Program-made: the position numbers and the translations under genes
DNA from: an uncultured Spirochaetales bacterium
GTDB lineage: Bacteria; Spirochaetota; Spirochaetia; Sphaerochaetales; Sphaerochaetaceae
Direction: 5' to 3'
NCBI GenBank assembly: GCA_949287505.1
Contig: CASEGX010000010.1
Span: 3,297 to 67,296, forward strand
Length of the DNA: 64,000 nucleotides
Notes under the pieces: model-generated
Database searches by the model: none
Seen by the model: only the letters and a program-made list of their open reading frames with translations
Told to the model about the DNA's origin: nothing
Shown here: piece by piece, positions 59,317-64,000 of the stretch
Layout of the letters: the number at the start of each line of letters is the position of its first letter
Numbering within the stretch: the stretch's first letter is position 1

Positions 59317-62271
59317 ATGGCATTTGTAGAAGTCATAAGAAGAAGCATGAGGCCGGAGGAATGGACTGACCTCAGATACTCCTGGCTCAGAAGGGGTATC
59401 ATCAAGGATCGTTATGAGATCACGAATCTCAGAATCAGGGATGCCAGACAGATAAGCGAGAACGAGTATGAATACTATCCGGAAGGATGGAGACCACTTG
59501 TCAATGGCGATATGTACTTCACTCCGGACGGGACCGCATTCATCGAAGGAGAGGCAACTGTTCCGGAGGAGATGAGGGGCAAGGAACTCTGGCTTTACCA
59601 TCACACAGCTGCGGAGATGATCGTCAAGGTAAACGGACAGTACGCAGGCGGCATCGACCCCAACAGAGACAGAATGCCTCTTTCTCCATACATCGGAAAT
59701 GATGGCAAGGTTAAAATCGAGATTGAGGGATATAACAGATCCAAGCCGGATGATGAAAGAAATCCTGAATCAATGGCATCCCGTGGCTGCCGTCAGGTCT
59801 TCACAGGATTCTACATCGTAACGCTCCGCAAGGATGTCCTTGGCCTTTATTATGATATGACACTCCTCATAGATGTCGCAAAATCGAGGCATTTCGATGA
59901 GGATGCGAGAGCATATATCTCAAAGGAACTCAATGCAGCCCTCAATTATGTGGACTTCGAGACATTCGAAGGTGCTGACAAGGCACGTAATCACATCGAG
60001 AAGAGAATATTCCAGAATACGGATTTCAGATCATCCGGCAATGTCGCCCTGATCGGACACTCGCATCTGGATATAGCCTATTACTGGCGCCGCATCCATG
60101 TTGTCGAGAAGAATGCAAGGACAATCCTCATACAGATGAGACTCATGGACCAGTACCCGGACTTCCATTACACACATACACAGCCATATGTCTATGAGAC
60201 TCTTGAGAAATACCACCCCGAGCTTTTTGCAGAGCTCAAGGAGAAAGTGAAGAGAGGCCAGTTCGAACCTGTTGGAGCAATGTATGTCGAACCGGACTGC
60301 AATATCCCATCGGCAGAAAGCCTCATCAGACAGTGTCTCTATGGGCAGCACTACTACAGAAAGGCATTCGGCCTTACTGTAGACACTGCATGGCTTCCCG
60401 ATGTCTTCGGCAACAGCTGGATCCTTCCGCAGATCCTGAGGAAATCAGGAGTGAACTACTTCATCTCCAACAAGATGAGCACATGGAACGACACGAATCG
60501 CTTCCCTCACAACAACTTTTTATGGAAAGGACTTGATGGAACGACAATCTATGCATGTGTTCCGCCAACTCACTTCATAACCTGGAATATGCCAAGCCAG
60601 ATCATGGAAAACTGGGATGCCTACCAGGATAAGGAGAAAGGCGGCGCTACCCTCTCAATGTTCGGTTACGGAGATGGCGGAAGCGGTGTGACCGAAGAGA
60701 TGATCGAGATGATGCATCGCTTCGACAAACTGAGCATCATGCCAAAGACAAAGCACATGAGAGCAGACGAGTATCTCCATGAGAATTTCGATGGAAACAC
60801 GGAACTTTCAGTATGGGATGGCGAGCTCTACCTTGAGATGCACCGTGGAACATTCACAACGAAATCAAACCTCAAGGCCTACAACAGAATGCTTGAGTCA
60901 AAGCTCAGAAGCACGGAAATCGTATCACTTATAAGGGCAGGAAAAGGAAAAGCATATCCTGAAGAGGAAATCAGGGATGTCTACAAGAAGTTCCTTCTGA
61001 ACCAGTTCCATGACATCCTTCCGGGAAGCCATATCAACCCTGTTTATGAGGATGCGATGAATGACTACAGGGATGTGGACAGTCGGCTCGATGCAATCCT
61101 TGGCGAGAATGGAGATAATTACTTCAATTCGCTCAACTGGAAGAGAAAGGGATTGCACTTCATCGAGTCAGAGAACGGAAAGAGCACGAGACACGGAAAG
61201 AGCGGCTTCTTCACATACCCGGAGACAGATGCTCTTGCAACAGGAAAGGCAGAGGACAGGACAACAGCAGATACATCCTGGCTCAAGAACGATGGAATGA
61301 ACGTTTCAACGCCTTACTACAACATCACATTCAATGAGGACGGATCATTCAAGAGCCTTAAGGATGCAAAGAGCGGAAGAGAATGGGTCAAGGGTGGATT
61401 CAACAAGCTTCATCTCTTCCAGGACACACCGGGCATGTATGATGCCTGGGATATCCTTCCAAACTACGACGAAGTCGAGTATGCGCTCACAGTCGAGAAA
61501 CCCCTCTCCCTCGACAGGGCAGACAGCACTGTGGCAGAGTTCTCGGCAGTACTGAAGACACCGGGAGAAAAGAGCACATGGAAGCTTGTCATCAGGCTTT
61601 TCTCAGCCTCTCCTGAAATCGAGACGGAGCATATTGTCGACTGGGATGAGAAGCATAAGCTCATGAAGGCGGAATTCTCCTGCAACGTGCTCTCAAGAGC
61701 GCTCATCACCGACACAAGCGCAGGTTACGCTTCCCGTGAGACACATAAGAACACGACATGGCAGCAGGCAAGATTCGAAGTCTCCACACATCTCTGGACG
61801 GACTTTGCTGAAGCTGATGGAGGCATCGCAGTCATCAATGAAGGAAAGTATGGTCTTGGCGTGCAGGAAGACGGATTCTCTGTCAGCCTTCTCAGATCCA
61901 ACATCAGACCGGATATCATGTCAGATATCGGACACCATGATTTCTGCCTAGTGATTCTTCCGCACGAAGGAAGCGCAGTCGAAGCCGGCATCAACAGAAG
62001 AGCAATAGAGTATAACACTCCTCTTATAAGGACTGAGGAGAATCTCTCAGCAGACTGGGATTTCGGACCACTGTATCTTGAAGCAGCGAAGCTCTCTGAG
62101 GACGGAAAGAAGATCGTCTATCGTCTTTCTGAGCAGGATGGAAAGAGAGGAACAATCAATCTTGGCAGAAAGGTCGAGACAATGAACATGCTTGAGGACC
62201 ACGAAGGCTGGACGGACAGAATAGACTACAAGCCTTTCGAGATCATCACAATCGCTGAGGAAATAAAGTAA
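59317..62271 (+). CDS. GH38 alpha-mannosidase
   Basis: Sequence GHSHLDIAYYW plus GH38 central and C-terminal domains. AGGAGG precedes ATG 59317. The track's 59209 start overlaps the nfu-like gene. Confidence 0.9.
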   Translation: MAFVEVIRRSMRPEEWTDLRYSWLRRGIIKDRYEITNLRIRDARQISENEYEYYPEGWRPLVNGDMYFTPDGTAFIEGEATVPEEMRGKELWLYHHTAAEMIVKVNGQYAGGIDPNRDRMPLSPYIGNDGKVKIEIEGYNRSKPDDERNPESMASRGCRQVFTGFYIVTLRKDVLGLYYDMTLLIDVAKSRHFDEDARAYISKELNAALNYVDFETFEGADKARNHIEKRIFQNTDFRSSGNVALIGHSHLDIAYYWRRIHVVEKNARTILIQMRLMDQYPDFHYTHTQPYVYETLEKYHPELFAELKEKVKRGQFEPVGAMYVEPDCNIPSAESLIRQCLYGQHYYRKAFGLTVDTAWLPDVFGNSWILPQILRKSGVNYFISNKMSTWNDTNRFPHNNFLWKGLDGTTIYACVPPTHFITWNMPSQIMENWDAYQDKEKGGATLSMFGYGDGGSGVTEEMIEMMHRFDKLSIMPKTKHMRADEYLHENFDGNTELSVWDGELYLEMHRGTFTTKSNLKAYNRMLESKLRSTEIVSLIRAGKGKAYPEEEIRDVYKKFLLNQFHDILPGSHINPVYEDAMNDYRDVDSRLDAILGENGDNYFNSLNWKRKGLHFIESENGKSTRHGKSGFFTYPETDALATGKAEDRTTADTSWLKNDGMNVSTPYYNITFNEDGSFKSLKDAKSGREWVKGGFNKLHLFQDTPGMYDAWDILPNYDEVEYALTVEKPLSLDRADSTVAEFSAVLKTPGEKSTWKLVIRLFSASPEIETEHIVDWDEKHKLMKAEFSCNVLSRALITDTSAGYASRETHKNTTWQQARFEVSTHLWTDFAEADGGIAVINEGKYGLGVQEDGFSVSLLRSNIRPDIMSDIGHHDFCLVILPHEGSAVEAGINRRAIEYNTPLIRTEENLSADWDFGPLYLEAAKLSEDGKKIVYRLSEQDGKRGTINLGRKVETMNMLEDHEGWTDRIDYKPFEIITIAEEIK

Positions 62272-62285
62272 AAGGGGGTAGAAGG

Positions 62286-64000
62286 ATGGAAAAGGAAACA
62301 GAAAGAAGATACGCACAATGGCTTGAGAATGAGCTCTATGACAAAGACCTCAAAGCCGAGCTTGAGGCTATAAAGGGAGATGAGGAGAAGATAAACGATG
62401 CCTTCTACCGCGATCTTGAGTTCGGAACAGGCGGCTTGAGAGGCATCATCGGAGCTGGGACGAACAGGATGAATGTCATGACTGTCGCAAAGGCAAGTCA
62501 GGGATATGCAGACTATCTGAACAGGAATTTCTCCTCCCCTTCCGTTGCGGTGGCACATGACAGCAGAATCAAGTCAGATCTTTTCTCAGAGACCGCAGCT
62601 GCAGTATTCGCGGCCAATGGTATCAAGGTGCATATGTATCCGACGCTGATGCCAACTCCATCCCTTTCCTTCGCTGTACGCCACCTCGGCTGCTCCGGAG
62701 GCATTGTAGTGACGGCAAGTCACAATCCGGCCAAATACAATGGTTACAAGGTATATGGACCGGATGGCTGCCAGATCACGACAAAGGCTGCAGAGGAAAT
62801 ACAGGAAGCAATCAACGGAATCGACATCTTCTCAGGAATCAGAAGGATTGATTTCGAAGAGGGGCTGAGGAGCGGAAAGATTGAATGGATCGATGATGAG
62901 ACAGTGAATGCATTCATCGACGCAGTATCTGCAGAGTCACTCCTCAAGGACAATGACGGGGACAAGAACCTCTCGATTGTCTACACACCGCTTAACGGAG
63001 CTGGACTGAGATGTGTCACTACATGCCTTAAGAAGAACGGATATACGAACATCCACGTGGTCAAGGAGCAGGAGAATCCGGATGGCAACTTCCCGACATG
63101 CCCCTACCCGAACCCTGAGATCAGAGAAGCGCTTGAGCTTGGGCTGAGGGATGCAGCAGCTACAGGAAGCGACATCCTCATTGCGACAGATCCGGATTCT
63201 GACAGAGTCGGCATCGCAGTCAGAAACAGTGATGGCGGATACACACTCCTTTCTGGAAATGAAACCGGCGTGCTTCTTCTCAACTGGATTGCCACAAGGC
63301 GCAATGAGCTTGGCCTGATGCCGGATAAGCCTGTTGCAGTGAAGACTATTGTGACAACAGACATGGCAGCGCGCATTGCAGAGCACTATGGCATCGAGAT
63401 GCGTGAAGTGCTTACAGGATTCAAGTATATAGGAGAGCAGATCGGCCTTCTTGAGAAGGATGGAGAAGCCTCAAGATACATCTTCGGTTTCGAAGAAAGC
63501 TATGGCTATCTTACAGGAAGCTATGTGCGTGACAAGGATGCAGTGGATGGATCAATGATGATTGCAGACATGACAGCATACTACAGGAAGAGGGGCAAGA
63601 GTCTTCTTGATGTGCTTTCAGAGCTTTATAAGACATATGGCTATTTCTATAACACCCTCCACAGCTATGAATTTGATGGAGAGGCAGGATTCGAGAAGAT
63701 GAAAGCCATGACAAAGAAGCTCAGGACCGACTCTCCCAAGGAATTTGCAGGAAGTCCTGTCATCACGCGAAATGATTACCTCAATTCCGTCTCTGTGGAT
63801 AGAAATGGAAGGGAGACCAAGATTGACCTCCCTGTATCGGATGTCATGAAGTTCATCACGGAAAGCGGCATTTCCGTAGTTGTAAGGCCTTCCGGAACGG
63901 AACCGAAACTGAAGATCTATTTCTCAATCAGATCGGATGACAGGGAAAAGGCCGCACAGACTGAAAAGGAACTGAGAGCAGAAGTAGAAGGATTCCTTGG
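62286..64000 (+). CDS. phosphoglucomutase/phosphomannomutase (PgcA-like), 3' end outside the window
   Basis: My own translation gives MEKETERRYAQWLENELYDKDL...GTGGLRG...VTASHNPAKYNGYKVYG. The frame stays open to the window end, so it is absent from the track. Confidence 0.9.
   Translation, partial: MEKETERRYAQWLENELYDKDLKAELEAIKGDEEKINDAFYRDLEFGTGGLRGIIGAGTNRMNVMTVAKASQGYADYLNRNFSSPSVAVAHDSRIKSDLFSETAAAVFAANGIKVHMYPTLMPTPSLSFAVRHLGCSGGIVVTASHNPAKYNGYKVYGPDGCQITTKAAEEIQEAINGIDIFSGIRRIDFEEGLRSGKIEWIDDETVNAFIDAVSAESLLKDNDGDKNLSIVYTPLNGAGLRCVTTCLKKNGYTNIHVVKEQENPDGNFPTCPYPNPEIREALELGLRDAAATGSDILIATDPDSDRVGIAVRNSDGGYTLLSGNETGVLLLNWIATRRNELGLMPDKPVAVKTIVTTDMAARIAEHYGIEMREVLTGFKYIGEQIGLLEKDGEASRYIFGFEESYGYLTGSYVRDKDAVDGSMMIADMTAYYRKRGKSLLDVLSELYKTYGYFYNTLHSYEFDGEAGFEKMKAMTKKLRTDSPKEFAGSPVITRNDYLNSVSVDRNGRETKIDLPVSDVMKFITESGISVVVRPSGTEPKLKIYFSIRSDDREKAAQTEKELRAEVEGFL

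Overview
This is a chromosomal segment from an anaerobic, sugar-fermenting bacterium. The gene content (archaeal/eukaryal-type two-subunit PheRS, type III glutamine synthetase, rubredoxin, Clostridia-like sugar loci) suggests a Spirochaetota member such as Treponema or Sphaerochaeta, but that is inference only. I count about 55 protein genes and saw no rRNA, tRNA, CRISPR array, transposase or integrase. Left to right the window holds: pheS-pheT; an orphan fused E1 alpha-beta 2-oxoacid dehydrogenase with a flavin-reductase-like gene; a purine cluster (hpt, a second yeast-Hpt1-like PRTase, purA, a beta-helix lipoprotein, purB); AlaX, TRIC and VTT membrane genes; NUDIX and MATE genes; an L-arabinose-type operon (FucI-family isomerase, FGGY kinase, araD, LacI regulator) with a palindromic operator; pyk; and GH28 plus a GH31 gene interrupted by two in-frame stop codons. 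Next comes a small, visibly AT-rich accessory island (about 27.3-29.3 kb) with two tandem cassette-like modules and an unannotated 22-codon type I toxin-like peptide gene. After that come zur-znuACB with a Fur-family box; a translationally coupled operon of a Zn-ribbon membrane protein, a DUF5685-like protein and a J-domain protein with a C-terminal cysteine string; ilvA, metK, an M18 aminopeptidase, thpR, an SSS transporter, rubredoxin (missing from the ORF track), glnN and a c-di-AMP receptor. The window ends with a glycan-utilisation locus: an unknown 804-aa protein, ABC uptake genes, a YesM/YesN-like two-component system, GH2, GH38 and a phosphohexomutase. One theme recurs: at least eight start codons lie 6-9 nt after a -10 hexamer with no Shine-Dalgarno, which is the signature of leaderless mRNAs. 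All product calls come from motif recognition by eye, and no database search was run.
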